A stretch of 63,958 nucleotides of DNA, counting the filler, from Octopus bimaculoides (taxonomy: Eukaryota), in the NCBI RefSeq assembly GCF_001194135.2. It is 5 parts of 5 records of this genome, joined end to end, with 100 filler letters (N's around TTAATTAATTAA, not from the genome) between each part and the next. Parts side by side here need not be neighbours in the genome. Positions count along the whole stretch, not along the records: positions 43,582 to 59,079 come from NC_068988.1; positions 59,180 to 63,958 come from NC_068987.1; 3 more parts are not named here. One strand, 5' to 3'. Each line of letters starts with the position of its first letter. Position 1 is the first letter of the stretch. Both the position numbers and the translations under genes were made by a program. The notes below the pieces were generated by a model. The model saw only the letters and a program-made list of their open reading frames with translations, searched no databases and was not told the origin of the DNA. Shown here in pieces: positions 48,830 through 63,919 of this stretch.

Positions 48830-50681
48830 ATTACAAAATATATGATGTAACAAAATCATTGTTGGTTATGATTTCTTTAGAAGATCTGTTGAGATAACCT
48901 TAACAAGTGAAAAAGTATATAATACTCCTCTCATTTCATTTCCAAATGTAGTTTTGATTTGCAATACTAATGTCTCGAAAGCGTTTTACTATAACTTCGA
49001 CCAAAAAAGGTAAACCTCTCAGTCATGGGCAATCTGCGGCCTGCCGGACTTTCTGAATGACACGTCTACATTGAATTTACCTTGAATCTTGTTTTTGTTT
49101 TTGTTTTTTTGTGTTTTTTTTTGGGGGGGGGGTGCTTTTTTTTTCGTAGTGCGGTTCGCCTACAGGATGGTGAGCAGGATCTCATTCTGATCGCTTCTCG
49201 AAAAAAGGTTGCCACGCCTGGACGATCGAATCATTCTGCTAGTAATAACAGTCAAATCTCTCTCGGATCAAACATTAGCTTGATTGAAAAATGCAACGTC
49301 ACATTGCATATTGTCGTCCAGTATAGATATTCTGAATGTAAGACACCATGGCTACGGCAAGAACAGCATTATTTATGGGTCTAGTTAATAAGAGATGAAT
49401 TTGACAAGAGCAAAAATAGAAATAAGAACAAAGAAAAAAACAGCAAAATCAACATCGAAAGCAAATACCGGCATGAGATCAAAAATAAATATATTTTTAA
49501 TAGATAAGATATTCTGAGTTACAAATGCAGTCCTCTCTTGAGCTTTCATATGTTTTATTTATTGTTTTTTTTTTCTTTTAATTCCTTGATGTATTCTGCC
49601 ATTTCTGACCGATTCTCGTGCCTAAAAAATAAAAATAAAAAACGAGTTTAAAATATAAAGAAAAAGAAAGCAGAAAATTATAGCATTATTTAATGAGTTA
49701 TTTTTTTCTTTTTTCTTATTCCTGTATATCTCGTGTATTATTAATTCCTTACCAAAATAGCGTACAGTAAAAATATATCAGCAGAGTTCTCTCCCTTGGA
49801 TGATATTGCTGCCTGTAGATTTTCTTTCAGTAGGAAGTTTTGTTCTCACCGGCATCTATAAAACAAGGAAAAATATCTTAGAAGCGGCACAATCTTTCTA
49901 TGACGTTATGACGTGCATATATATNNNNNNNNNNNNNNNNNNNNNNNNNNNNNNNNNNNNNNNNNNNNNNNNNNNNNNNNNNNNNNNNNNNNNNNNNNNN
50001 NNNNNNNNNNNNNNNNNNNNNNNNNNNNNNNNNNNNNNNNNNNNNNNNNNNNNNNNNNNNNNNNNNNNNNNNNNNNNNNNNNNNNNNNNNNNNNNNNNNN
50101 NNNNNNNNNNNNNNNNNNNNNNNNNNNNNNNNNNNNNNNNNNNNNNNNNNNNNNNNNNNNNNNNNNNNNNNNNNNNNNNNNNNNNNNNNNNNNNNNNNNN
50201 NNNNNNNNNNNNNNNNNNNNNNNNNNNNNNNNNNNNNNNNNNNNNNNNNNNNNNNNNNNNNNNNNNNNNNNNNNNNNNNNNNNNNNNNNNNNNNNNNNNN
50301 NNNNNNNNNNNNNNNNNNNNNNNNNNNNNNNNNNNNNNNNNNNNNNNNNNNNNNNNNNNNNNNNNNNNNNNNNNNNNNNNNNNNNNNNNNNNNNNNNNNN
50401 NNNNNNNNNNNNNNNNNNNNNNNNNNNNNNNNNNNNNNNNNNNNNNNNNNNNNNNNNNNNNNNNNNNNNNNNNNNNNNNNNNNNNNNNNNNNNNNNNNNN
50501 NNNNNNNNNNNNNNNNNNNNNNNNNNNNNNNNNNNNNNNNNNNNNNNNNNNNNNNNNNNNNNNNNNNNNNNNNNNNNNNNNNNNNNNNNNNNNNNNNNNN
50601 NNNNNNNNNNNNNNNNNNNNNNNNNNNNNNNNNNNNNNNNNNNNNNNNNNNNNNNNNNNNNNNNNNNNNNNNNNNNNNNNN

Positions 50682-50729
<48 letters not shown>

Positions 50730-51139
50730 GTAGAGCGAAAGAGGGAGGGATAGAGTTTTAAGAAAGGGCATTCATTCCGCGTTTCTGTAGAGGATTATCG
50801 CTCGAAGGTGGATTACGCTATCTCAGAGTAAAAGTGAGCTGTAATCAAAGGCACAAATTAAATGTCATACGTTGCCTGAATTTGAAATATAACTCACACA
50901 ATCTAGCAACAAACACACATTTCAATACTCATACAGGCATGCATACATATTAACCATAAATGTGTGTATATGTGTACATGTCTGCCTGTCTGTGTATTTC
51001 TGTCTGTTTGCGTGTGCGTCTGCGCCTGTGTTTGGTATGTGTCTACGTAAATACTCAGATGTTCCTACTAAATAGATTTAAGCCTTTATATTCAGAATGC
51101 AGTCTGCGTGTGTCGGTGTGAGTGTGCGTGAGTGTGTGT

Positions 51140-51224
<85 letters not shown>

Positions 51225-51417
51225 TTGGAGCGTAAGGAATTTACAAATGAATTCTCTTACACATTATTACAGAATACAATCAATGTATTATTAGTCACGA
51301 GATCAAGTACAGAAAATAGGTTCTGCTAAATTAATTTGCCATATATTTGTGGTTAGAATTATGTATATTGATAAATTGCAATATCTTATATATGTGTGTG
51401 TCAGTGTGTTTGTGTGT

Positions 51418-51455
<38 letters not shown>

Positions 51456-51648
51456 NNNNNNNNNNNNNNNNNNNNNNNNNNNNNNNNNNNNNNNNNNNNN
51501 NNNNNNNNNNNNNNNNNNNNNNNNNNNNNNNNNNNNNNNNNNNNNNNNNNNNNNNNNNNNNNNNNNNNNNNNNNNNNNNNNNNNNNNNNNNNNNNNNNNN
51601 NNNNNNNNNNNNNNNNNNNNNNNNNNNNNNNNNNNNNNNNNNNNNNNN

Positions 51649-51752
<104 letters not shown>

Positions 51753-51789
51753 GTTATTATTATTGCTATGATTATTATTATTATTTAGC

Positions 51790-52325
51790 AAGAACATTAT
51801 TGACAGTTACTCTGAATTTCAGCTGTTTAGGCTATCGTTGGACTGCGATGCATTGAAATTAATCTTGGCTTGGTACAATGTCTATTGAGTTAAATTATCT
51901 GTTGTATGTGTGGGTTTAAGTGAAGTGATAATTAGGTTTTAAGGTGGATTGTTCTGGAGAGGTGCTTTGGAGAAATTTTTATTGATTAAATTGGGGTTAT
52001 GTTATTGTTTAGAATTTATTCATATATGTAGCACTTTTGTACGCAAGTGTGCAAATTTAGGTGTCTGTTTTGGAAGGTAGTTACAGAAAGTATTGGTTTT
52101 AGCTATTTTTGGTTTTATTGGGTTTAATCCTTAGTTTTGTGTTGGTCAAGCGTACAATGTCCAGTAGTTAATAATAACTTAGTAATTGGGTGTGTAAACT
52201 ATTTATAATAGAATTTTTTAGCATTTCACAAAAGAATGTAAGTAGTTTGTATGTCTTGGTTGATCACTTTCTGTACTTGTTGTAGTTATTTGGTGTTGTT
52301 GTAGTTATTTGAAGTGTTTTCGTTT
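51790..52325 (-). mobile_element. Possible I-clade-like LINE 3' remnant with (AAT)n tail
   Basis: Strong strand skew; KLLLTTGHCTLDQH (52155-52182) resembles RLRTGHxxLxxH; (ATT)n at 51699-51784 lies at its 3' end. Confidence 0.35.
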
Positions 52326-52699
52326 GGAAGGTGGATGTATTAATTATTTTACGATATAGCTACACTTCAGAATCTGCTCGGGTTATGTTATCTTCGGTAT
52401 CGTGTACTAGGAAAGGCTACAGAGTCACAAACGCATCTAGGAGTTCGCTAGAGAGGGATACTGAATAGATATGGTGTTTTAAACCTTTTACCATAGGCGA
52501 GAATTTTCTTTTTCTACTGTAACTTCAGTGAATTTGCCGTTAGAAGTTTAAATGTTACAACCATATTTTAACTAACATAAATCTCGTTTATCCCTCATTA
52601 ATACTTAGCGCTGATACTATTGTGTATATATACCATTGTATCTATCTATCTAGTTAGCTAGCTAGCTAGCTATCTATCTGTGTGTGTGTGTGTGTGTTT

Positions 52700-52939
52700 T
52701 ATTGTGTCTGTGGAGAGCCATTCTCTTTCAGTGCCTTATTATTTAATACACTCACCGGTTCGATTTCCACCCATTTACTTATTTATTTCTTCTAAAATTT
52801 TTCTTGCGTCTTGAAACCTTTTGGATGGTCATTGACGAAAATGTTAGAAAAAATAAATAAGTAAATGAGTGGAAATCGAAGCAGTGAGTGTGTTAAATAA
52901 TAAAGCACTAAAATAGAATGACTCTCACCAGACACAATA
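52700..52939. mobile_element. Foldback MITE with ~100-bp imperfect TIRs
   Basis: TATTGTGTCTG..GAGAG..CAGTGCCTTATTATTTAATACACTCAC pairs with GTGAGTGTGTTAAATAATAAAGCACT..CTCTC..CAGACACAATA. Confidence 0.85.
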
Positions 52940-53030
52940 GAATATGCTTTAACACACAAATTCACATAAAGAATCTTGCAAACCAAATACAAAAACGAAA
53001 TATATATATACATCCATAGACACACATACA

Positions 53031-53087
<57 letters not shown>

Positions 53088-54357
53088 AAGAGAGGAGGTA
53101 CTTTCTCCGAAGTGATATTCCAGGTAACGTATCATTCTTTTCGTTCTATACGAATTACCAAAGTGCATACAGGAAGTTTCACTACTACCCCTTGAAAGAG
53201 CTAATGTTACCAACAGCAATATTATTTTTTTTAAATCCGTAGAGCTTACAATCAACATTACGTTTAAATTGGAAGAAGAGAGAAATTTACTCGATAGGTT
53301 TTACAAACTAGCGATTGCCTCTACGCAGAAAAATTTCTGTTAACAAAGATAAATGCACTATAGAAACAGCCTAAAAGAATACATAATTTATCGCAGACCT
53401 GTCAAAATTGAAGTACTGCTGAATTTTGCTAAATACGTGCTGAACGGAGGTTAGCGAAATATATAGTATGTGAGAGTTCATACTGATTATTTGTAAGCTG
53501 TGAATTCTGCAACATCAAGATGCGGTGAAGCGGACATTTTTGTGCAGCAAACTGTTATGTTCAACGTTATTTGCATTGTGAAAATTCAATATCTTTTATG
53601 TCTTGATAACGCTTTTAGCTTTAGATACGAAAACTCTATGTTTCAGCGTGAAATATGTTGATTACGTCTTGCTGATTCTAATGTTTCTGGCTACGTCTGC
53701 TTTCACTGAATATTTTATTGTCATTAAATTTTGTGTAGACATTTTAACTAATTATATAGCAATACTTATCAGAAGTAAGACTTCTTCGAGTCTTACCTCT
53801 TCGAGGTGTCTTTTTATCTCTGTTTTTCATTTTTTTTTTTTTTTCACTCTTGTAATAGAGAATATGACCGTCATGGTAGTGATGGTTTCGTAGATGTCGG
53901 ACAAAGGTACGTTAAATTCTGAGTTTACGACAGGTCAGAAAAACTTCGTTTTGGTTATTACATTTATTTTCGTGAATTTGACGTACTAAAACTTGGGTTT
54001 GATTTATGTACAGAAAATTATTGCAGCTAATGAAATCAGCACCTTTATACTGTGATTTCTTCTGTTTTGCATTGAGTCTGCTTATTATAAGACAAGCTTC
54101 GTGGATACCGTTGATGTAACAACAACTCCAGAAACTCGAGTTCACTTCTTAAATACAGATAGATCACTACCTATACGTGTACATGTAAGGGTGTGAATGT
54201 GTGTTCGTGTCCCTATTTACCTTTTTGGTGATATTGGGCCTATTTATGTCTCGTAGCATTCCAGTTCAATAAAGGAAAATCGATAAAATATACATCAGAC
54301 TAATACTAATTACTTGTGTCATAAGCAACATCCATGCATTGACTAAAAACACTAAAA

Positions 54358-54400
<43 letters not shown>

Positions 54401-55345
54401 CTTGCTAATTATTACACTTCTAATGTAGAGTATTTATGTTCTTTAAAATTCTGATAACCCTTCTTTCTTAGAGTTATTGAATGCAAAATATAATAAAGAG
54501 AAGGGAGGAGAATGATGATGATGATGACCGTAGTTCAAAAACTATATCCAAAGAGATGGCTGTCGTAACCTGTTGTAGAGTTCATTTCTATTAATTGAAC
54601 ACATATCTGTCCCTATTGCTTAAATCATACAATACCAAGAAAGATTACATATTTATATTCACAGCATTATTAAATAACATACTAACGTGCATTAATGCAA
54701 TGCTGGTCCATATTTTTTTAACGTTGTATATTTGAAAATCTCCATGTGTCTAATGTTATCTTATTCTGTCATTGCATTACTTAGCCCGTCGGTAACGCTT
54801 TCACGTGATTAGAGAAAAAGAGGAAGAAAGTAAACAGAGAGAGACAGAAAAAGAGGGAGTGAGAAAAAGCGGGAGACAGAGAGAAGCGTCCATGACGTGA
54901 GGAGGAGGGAATGTAATTATCACGCTTTTGGTGGTGGTGATTGGATAGTGCAAAGTGTATTTTTTTAAAATCAAATTATGTCTTTTATATCACATATCAC
55001 TTAACGCATGCGCATAAGTGCAATTCCGTGAAATATTCACACATATTTACGCGGCAGATATATGCAATTTAACTAAACGTTGGTTGTATCGGCAAAAAAT
55101 ATGAAAATAGGAGTGAATGTTTATTTTATGAGTGCTGTGTAATTAAGTCTATAAAATTGTGCATAAAGTATATAAAGTGTATATATAAAGTACATTAAGT
55201 AATCATCGTATTCCACTTCCTTTCACTTTTCAATAAGTAGCAAATGAGCGATTATTTTTCCATATATACAGACACAACACAGGCTACTCTATCAGGCTTT
55301 TTGCATAACGTTTTCAGAAATAACCAAATAGGTTTACCATGAATT

Positions 55346-55373
55346 CCGTGAAATATTCACGGGTCTCTGCTAG
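55346..55373 (+). mobile_element. Helitron 3' terminus
   Basis: Hairpin CCGTGAA-ATA-TTCACGG(55346-55362), 7-nt spacer, then CTAG(55370-55373)|T. The 5' end is uncertain (weak candidate ~54545). Confidence 0.65.
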
Positions 55374-55571
55374 TATATATGAATATAAGAGACACTGAAG
55401 TAAAAATACAATAACACATTTTGAATAACCTTAAAGAGAAACCACGTTGTGGGTTAATTCTGGTTGGAGTCTCAGGTATATATCACCTTCAGAAACTCAT
55501 CTCTACTAAGCTTCATGAATCCATTGCTGATCATTACCGCTCCAAGAATTTTACCGGAGCTCATACCAGTT

Positions 55572-55665
<94 letters not shown>

Positions 55666-55975
55666 CAATTTTATCAGTTAGTTTGTTAACTCCTTAAAAT
55701 AATTGCAAATGTGTCTGTTTAGATACTGAAGTGGTCTAGACTCTAGACTATTAGTTTATCTGTATTGAGAAATATGTATTAATTTGTATACACAAACAAG
55801 CATACACACACACTCACACAGGTATATTACATATGTATACACATATATACATATTGCATATGTATGCATATCCATACATGTACGATGCAATATATGTGTT
55901 ATTTGTTATATAAATATCTATATATAAATGAACGTTTTCTGTTTCAATACACTTGTATCACTAGATATATTCACT

Positions 55976-56063
<88 letters not shown>

Positions 56064-56589
56064 ACACATACACGCGCGCACATACACATGATGTGTGTAC
56101 GTATGTGTGTTTTTACCAGTCAGTGATCCGCGTTACCACTCTATACATTGAATTTATTGTTATATTATATCCAGCAAAACCAAAATTTGCATTTCATCGA
56201 TTTGAAGTAGAACAGAATATTAAATATTTGTTATGATTCAATAGGACCCTCTGAATACATGCAAAAATGTTCAATGAATATTTTATATTCAATAGAACGA
56301 CATGTTTCGATTTGCGGTAATGCATCATGCAGAAATTTCACCTTCTCTCTGTACATTATGATCGTTCAATGCAGGAATAATGATATTTACAGAGAACTAT
56401 GAATGTATTAAAAATCAGAACTGACTCGAAAGTAGTGCTGTAAATACGTGAAATATTACAACAGATTTGTGTATTTTTTTCTGCTGTTCGTAATAAAACA
56501 AAGATTGGAAACTGATGTGCTTACATTTGTTTCATGCAAAGAGGTTTCCTTTTATTTTCTGGGTATGGCAGTATTGTCTTCACCCATTG

Positions 56590-57110
56590 TCTCCTAAGAC
56601 CTTCTTAAACCGGTGAGATCGATGCCCGTCAATGTCGTCCTGAAACCTTTAAAAGCCAACAACTGCAGAAAAGACGTAAACAAGATTGAAATACCAGAAG
56701 GCCGACATTCTGGCACGCAAAGAATAATGCGGAATCTGGAAATATGAACACAAGAAACGTGATGAGAGGAGCAACGACAAGTGGGATAGGAATGCATTAG
56801 AGGAGATGGCATATGCTCAACCAGAGCTGAGGCTATTAGAGCTCCGCTAGAAACGGCACGGAGAGAAGACAGCGCATCTTTGGGCCAGAAGCCGGGACTG
56901 TGTGGTACATTATGCATATCACTATTCCAGATGGGGTCAAGGATGTCTCTGTGTTGCAACAGCATTGCTCCAATTATGAAACCAATACTCCATTGTGGTC
57001 TTCTCCTGATCTTTGTACAATATCAATAATTGTAAAGAGAAGGACTAATCATTGAGATGCAATCCTAGCTGTGTTAAATGATGCTCTTGATATCAAACAG
57101 CAGCGGTTTC
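56590..57110 (+). mobile_element. Possible RTE/CR1-type AP-endonuclease remnant
   Basis: GNMNTR and LEEM..LLELR*KRHGE weakly resemble GTWNVR and EM..LSExRWxGxGE; many stops. Confidence 0.3.
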
Positions 57111-57257
57111 TGTTTTTTTCCTACTAAAAGAGGCAATAATGAAAGATTCTTTCGAGGTCAGTGTTCATACAGCCAATGCTGCTTTGCTATGTAGTACCTG
57201 AGATACGAGTGGATGATGCATGGCTGGAGAATCTTAGGGATATATATATATATATAT

Positions 57258-57412
57258 ATAATATAGTTTTAGGGAAAATAACCAAGTTTCAAAAACTCAT
57301 CGATGAAAATCCACTATATTTTATCTATAAAGCTCAATTTAATTTTGATTTTTTATAAATTGATTTTAATTGAGTTTTTACCTGTAATTTTGGATTTTGT
57401 CCCTAATATATA
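57258..57412. mobile_element. Small MITE-like insertion in (TA)n
   Basis: TAGGGAAAATAACCAAG..AAAAACTCA versus TGAGTTTTT..TTGGATTTTGTCCCTA. Confidence 0.4.
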
Positions 57413-58562
57413 TATATATATGAAGACGCTTTGGTTATAGAACAAACATTAAATTTGGGTCAACGACTTTACATACAACATATTTCTTGTTGTGTATATA
57501 TATATATATATATATATATNNNNNNNNNNNNNNNNNNNNNNNNNNNNNNNNNNNNNNNNNNNNNNNNNNNNNNNNNNNNNNNNNNNNNNNNNNNNNNNNN
57601 NNNNNNNNNNNNNNNNNNNNNNNNNNNNNNNNNNNNNNNNNNNNNNNNNNNNNNNNNNNNNNNNNNNNNNNNNNNNNNNNNNNNNNNNNNNNNNNNNNNN
57701 NNNNNNNNNNNNNNNNNNNNNNNNNNNNNNNNNNNNNNNNNNNNNNNNNNNNNNNNNNNNNNNNNNNNNNNNNNNNNNNNNNNNNNNNNNNNNNNNNNNN
57801 NNNNNNNNNNNNNNNNNNNNNNNNNNNNNNNNNNNNNNNNNNNNNNNNNNNNNNNNNNNNNNNNNNNNNNNNNNNNNNNNNNNNNNNNNNNNNNNNNNNN
57901 NNNNNNNNNNNNNNNNNNNNNNNNNNNNNNNNNNNNNNNNNNNNNNNNNNNNNNNNNNNNNNNNNNNNNNNNNNNNNNNNNNNNNNNNNNNNNNNNNNNN
58001 NNNNNNNNNNNNNNNNNNNNNNNNNNNNNNNNNNNNNNNNNNNNNNNNNNNNNNNNNNNNNNNNNNNNNNNNNNNNNNNNNNNNNNNNNNNNNNNNNNNN
58101 NNNNNNNNNNNNNNNNNNNNNNNNNNNNNNNNNNNNNNNNNNNNNNNNNNNNNNNNNNNNNNNNNNNNNNNNNNNNNNNNNNNNNNNNNNNNNNNNNNNN
58201 NNNNNNNNNNNNNNNNNNNNNNNNNNNNNNNNNNNNNNNNNNNNNNNNNNNNNNNNNNNNNNNNNNNNNNNNNNNNNNNNNNNNNNNNNNNNNNNNNNNN
58301 NNNNNNNNNNNNNNNNNNNNNNNNNNNNNNNNNNNNNNNNNNNNNNNNNNNNNNNNNNNNNNNNNNNNNNNNNNNNNNNNNNNNNNNNNTATATATATAT
58401 ATATATCATATCATATCACGTTAAGCCCCATGCTTTCGATAACACAAAAGGGGATATATCGAACTGAAAGTTGATGTGCCTTGTTAGATATTGATTTACA
58501 TTTATGTGTGCGTAGTTGTGTGTGCGTGTGTTTTTTTGTGTGTGTGTGTCTGTGTGTGGGTA

Positions 58563-58613
<51 letters not shown>

Positions 58614-59774
58614 TGAGTGTGATAAGATTACATATTTCACGTCATTTGCTGTCAGATGCTGTGAAATCCTTACAAATCTCCTGATCAATAAAGATACTAA
58701 AAATAAGAACATTCTGTAGTGGAAATGAATCGTCTTCAAGAGCTGTAATTGTATACGAACATTATTATTTCTATTAATCATTACGGCATGAGGAAAAATC
58801 ACCAACGATTGCAAAATGGGTTATCGATATGCTGTAACACGTACCCCTAATTAACGATCGTTAAGCGAAACTCTAAATTAAATCTTTCCTTCAGTGATCT
58901 ATCCACTTATTGTAAATTCCTCAATCGGATTAGCATTTTCAGAATCTGGCTCTCTTGCATAGAAAAATGTCACGAAGTTCAATGTATATGGGCCGGAAGG
59001 ATTGCACAGCAAATATATCTGAGTGGAGATGTATTTAAGTATTTGCCTCGAATGGATATTTGTACGTAATATATATATANNNNNNNNNNNNNNNNNNNNN
59101 NNNNNNNNNNNNNNNNNNNNNNNTTAATTAATTAANNNNNNNNNNNNNNNNNNNNNNNNNNNNNNNNNNNNNNNNNNNNTATATATAGATATGAATGATA
59201 TATTTATAATTATATATACATAGATATAAGTATATATTTATATATACATATACTTATTCATGTATACATAGTCATATGTATGTATGTATCTATTCACTAA
59301 ACACACACACACACATTCTGGTTTTCAGTCCTTGACTTTCTTCAATCACTCTAATTCCTCATTTTATTATCATCATCACCGTCGTGACATTACAATTTCT
59401 TTCCCTTCCCGGTGTTCTGAGGAATGTCAAGTACATTGTGCTATTGGCTACGTGTGTGCTTGTGTGTGTGTGTGTGTGTGTTTGTGTGTGTATGTGTATG
59501 CGTGTATGTCTGTCTTTCTGTCTGGTTTTCCTGTATATTTGAATGTATATATTTTTTTCGTATTCTATATACTCATAAGTATATAGGCAATGGTGTACAT
59601 AAGTATATGTGGTTGTTTGCCAGCCATTTATGTTAATGCATATGAGCGTGGGCCTACGCTTGAGTGTGAATGAACGTGTAACATCGTAACAGCTATTTGC
59701 ACGTCTGTGATTTTTTATTTCCTCATTCTTAAATAGTATATATATATAAATGCATCAGTTATTTCACAGTACGT

Positions 59775-59885
59775 ATTCTTTGGAAGCCTAGTGCTTATTC
59801 AATCAATTTATTTTACCGAACCGCTAAGTCACGGGCACTTAAACAGACCAGTATCTCTTGTGAAGCGATGGTGGGTGGACAATCA
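59775..59885 (-). mobile_element. SINE family C internal fragment
   Basis: GCCTAGTGCTTATTC..CCGAACCGCTAAGTCACGGG..GCGATGGTGG..GACAA. Confidence 0.7.
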
Positions 59886-60933
59886 CACACACACACACAC
59901 ACNNNNNNNNNNNNNNNNNNNNNNNNNNNNNNNNNNNNNNNNNNNNNNNNNNNNNNNNNNNNNNNNNNNNNNNNNNNNNNNNNNNNNNNNNNNNNNNNNN
60001 NNNNNNNNNNNNNNNNNNNNNNNNNNNNNNNNNNNNNNNNNNNNNNNNNNNNNNNNNNNNNNNNNNNNNNNNNNNNNNNNNNNNNNNNNNNNNNNNNNNN
60101 NNNNNNNNNNNNNNNNNNNNNNNNNNNNNNNNNNNNNNNNNNNNNNNNNNNNNNNNNNNNNNNNNNNNNNNNNNNNNNNNNNNNNNNNNNNNNNNNNNNN
60201 NNNNNNNNNNNNNNNNNNNNNNNNNNNNNNNNNNNNNNNNNNNNNNNNNNNNNNNNNNNNNNNNNNNNNNNNNNNNNNNNNNNNNNNNNNNNNNNNNNNN
60301 NNNNNNNNTATATATATATATATATATATTTCTACTAAAGTATACCCACTCTGTAAATCTGTAAGTATGTAGATTTTCAAAACAAACACTTTGAAACGGA
60401 GTAACATTCTTTATAAATCTGACGTAATCTAGAAAACATTCGGACATTGTTCTAAAATGGTAAACTACTTCTTTCTCAGACTTGTGGAAATTTCTGGACA
60501 GGGTATTGGCTGAGCTCTATTTGTTTCCCCCACCTTACTCTCGCTCTCTCATGTATTTTTTCTCATCAAACAAGCTCTTATTCTGTTTCTGGTCCTTTAA
60601 ATATACTTTCATTCCATTCACTGTTTCAAATATCACACATACACGCGCGCGTGCGCAGAAACAAATACATACATTCACAGACAGGCAATCGTAAATACAC
60701 ATACGCGATGATACACACTCAGAGCACGAACAGGCGCGTACACATATACACGCATGTATATACACGTGTATGTGTTTTCGTGTATAAGTATAGATAAACA
60801 AACGTCCATATATTTACATTAGGATGTATTAACACATAGACGCATAATACATACATATACACATATATCTATGTATACCCACAGAAAAACATACGTATAT
60901 GTGCATATATGCATACATACTAACAACAGCACA

Positions 60934-60984
<51 letters not shown>

Positions 60985-61513
60985 TCTCTCTCTCTCTCAC
61001 ACACACTCATGTAGTATGAATGTATGTGGATGTATGTATGCATGACAATTAAGCGCTTTAATTAGCCTCGTTTTCAATGCTGATCTAACTCTCACATTCT
61101 AACTAAATATTCTATTCTAAACGAAATCGTTGATTATAATGTGAATATTTACTTATTGCTATATAATTCCGGCTGCTGTTTAATTCACTACTGCTTTTGA
61201 TAAACAACCGGATTTGCTACATAGATTCTTTGAAAAATTTAACATCATTCCATCAAACACGGACTACCGATTCTTTTTCAAGACAAACATATATATATAT
61301 ACATATATGTGTGTGCATGCGTGTGTGTGGGTGAGTATGTGTGTTCATGTGTGTGTGCATGTGTGTGTGTCTCTGTGTGTACATGTGTGTGTATAGACAT
61401 ACAAACATACTACACTATACTTTATAGGACATTCTACAGTCAAAGACCTTTTCCAAGTCTCCTGATACCCTCTCTTTTGTCTTCACTTAATCACTCAAAA
61501 TCTCTCGCTTTAT

Positions 61514-61583
<70 letters not shown>

Positions 61584-61666
61584 CTTAAAGTTAAACATAT
61601 ATGTACGTACGTATGTATGTATTTATGTATGTCACATATCTACCTACATATCTATCGATCCATCCC

Positions 61667-61697
<31 letters not shown>

Positions 61698-63097
61698 GTC
61701 TATCTATCTATCTATCTGTTTGTCTATCTAACTACCTCTCTGCATATATATCGTTGTAAGCATATGTGTGTGTATTGTAATCCTTTCAAATTAGTGTAGA
61801 ATATTTTAAAGTTGGAACCGTCGATCTCCAAGTAACTTTTCACCAGTTTATTAACATAAAGCCTAATTTTTATAATATGTATTTTAAACTTCTTTACCCC
61901 GGTCTGTAAATATTATAACACACACACATACACACATATCTGTGTGTATGCCACTGACCCACTCAAGATTAGACACAAATATCTAAGAATTAACCAAGCC
62001 TATTTAGGTGGCCTATGACGAAAAACAAGCAATATAATGTTAGTGCTTCTCAAAAACTCAGAATCTTTAAATATTTTCCACTTTACAAGAGTGAAGGAAA
62101 ACCGAGAATAATAAGAATGCGACACAAGAAATTCACAATAAAGCATCACAAATGTGTATTTCCATTATACAAAAATGTGTGTTTGTATATGTGCGTGTGT
62201 CTATTTGTACATGTATATACCTATATTTACATGTACATATCTGTTTNNNNNNNNNNNNNNNNNNNNNNNNNNNNNNNNNNNNNNNNNNNNNNNNNNNNNN
62301 NNNNNNNNNNNNNNNNNNNNNNNNNNNNNNNNNNNNNNNNNNNNNNNNNNNNNNNNNNNNNNNNNNNNNNNNNNNNNNNNNNNNNNNNNNNNNNNNNNNN
62401 NNNNNNNNNNNNNNNNNNNNNNNNNNNNNNNNNNNNNNNNNNNNNNNNNNNNNNNNNNNNNNNNNNNNNNNNNNNNNNNNNNNNNNNNNNNNNNNNNNNN
62501 NNNNNNNNNNNNNNNNNNNNNNNNNNNNNNNNNNNNNNNNNNNNNNNNNNNNNNNNNNNNNNNNNNNNNNNNNNNNNNNNNNNNNNNNNNNNNNNNNNNN
62601 NNNNNNNNNNNNNNNNNNNNNNNNNNNNNNNNNNNNNNNNNNNNNNNNNNNNNNNNNNNNNNNNNNNNNNNNNNNNNNNNNNNNNNNNNNNNNNNNNNNN
62701 NNNNNNNNNNNNNNNNNNNNNNNNNNNNNNNNNNNNNNNNNNNNNNNNNNNNNNNNNNNNNNNNNNNNNNNNNNNNNNNNNNNNNNNNNNNNNNNNNNNN
62801 NNNNNNNNNNNNNNNNNNNNNNNNNNNNNNNNNNNNNNNNNNNNNNNNNNNNNNNNNNNNNNNNNNNNNNNNNNNNNNNNNNNNNNNNNNNNNNNNNNNN
62901 NNNNNNNNNNNNNNNNNNNNNNNNNNNNNNNNNNNNNNNNNNNNNNNNNNNNNNNNNNNNNNNNNNNNNNNNNNNNNNNNNNNNNNNNNNNNNNNNNNNN
63001 NNNNNNNNNNNNNNNNNNNNNNNNNNNNNNNNNNNNNNNNNNNNNNNNNNNNNNNNNNNNNNNNNNNNNNNNNNNNNNNNNNNNNNNNNNNNNNNNN

Positions 63098-63153
<56 letters not shown>

Positions 63154-63919
63154 ATATATATATATATATATATATCTTCCGGAAATTATTCCAAGTACCA
63201 GAATATGAACATTCAATACCTTGTGTAAAGCGGTTATTCTTATAGTAATGATATACAATATAAATATGTATTATTACTTTTTTCCGGGACTTAAAATGTT
63301 ATGCTCCATGGAACATTCAGCAGATGGTATGAGACCGAAGTGAGGCTCTCTGCATATCACTTTGTGAGTGTATATGTGTGTGTGTGTATGTGTGTGTATG
63401 TATTTGCATGTGTGTATGTGTACGCTTGTATGTATATATATAGTTAGTTAGATAGGCAGATAAATAGAAAGGAAGAGACACAGAGACATGGATACATACA
63501 AGCATGCTTACATAATTTATATGCATTTTTTGACCAGTTATGTATACAGGTAGCTGCCTATCCCTCTATCCACCCATCGATCCACCTGTCTGTCAATCTA
63601 CCTGTCTAACTACCTATCTCTCTATCCTTTTATCTCTTTATCCACCCATCTTCCTATGTATCTGTCTATACCATGTATCTATCTATCTGTGGCTAATAAA
63701 AGAAAGTTATCTATCTATCTATCTATCTCATTTCTTACGTTCGTTCTTGTTTTCTCTCTGTTGTTGTTTTTTTCTTTTACATCCAAAATACTTCATTGTC
63801 TTTCTTCTTGCCCTGACTTCCTGTCTCTCTAGCACCCTCTCTCCCTGTCTCTCCCTGTCTCTCTCATTCTTTCTCATCCTTGCTTTCTTTTCTACTTCTT
63901 GTCTATATACACACCGACG

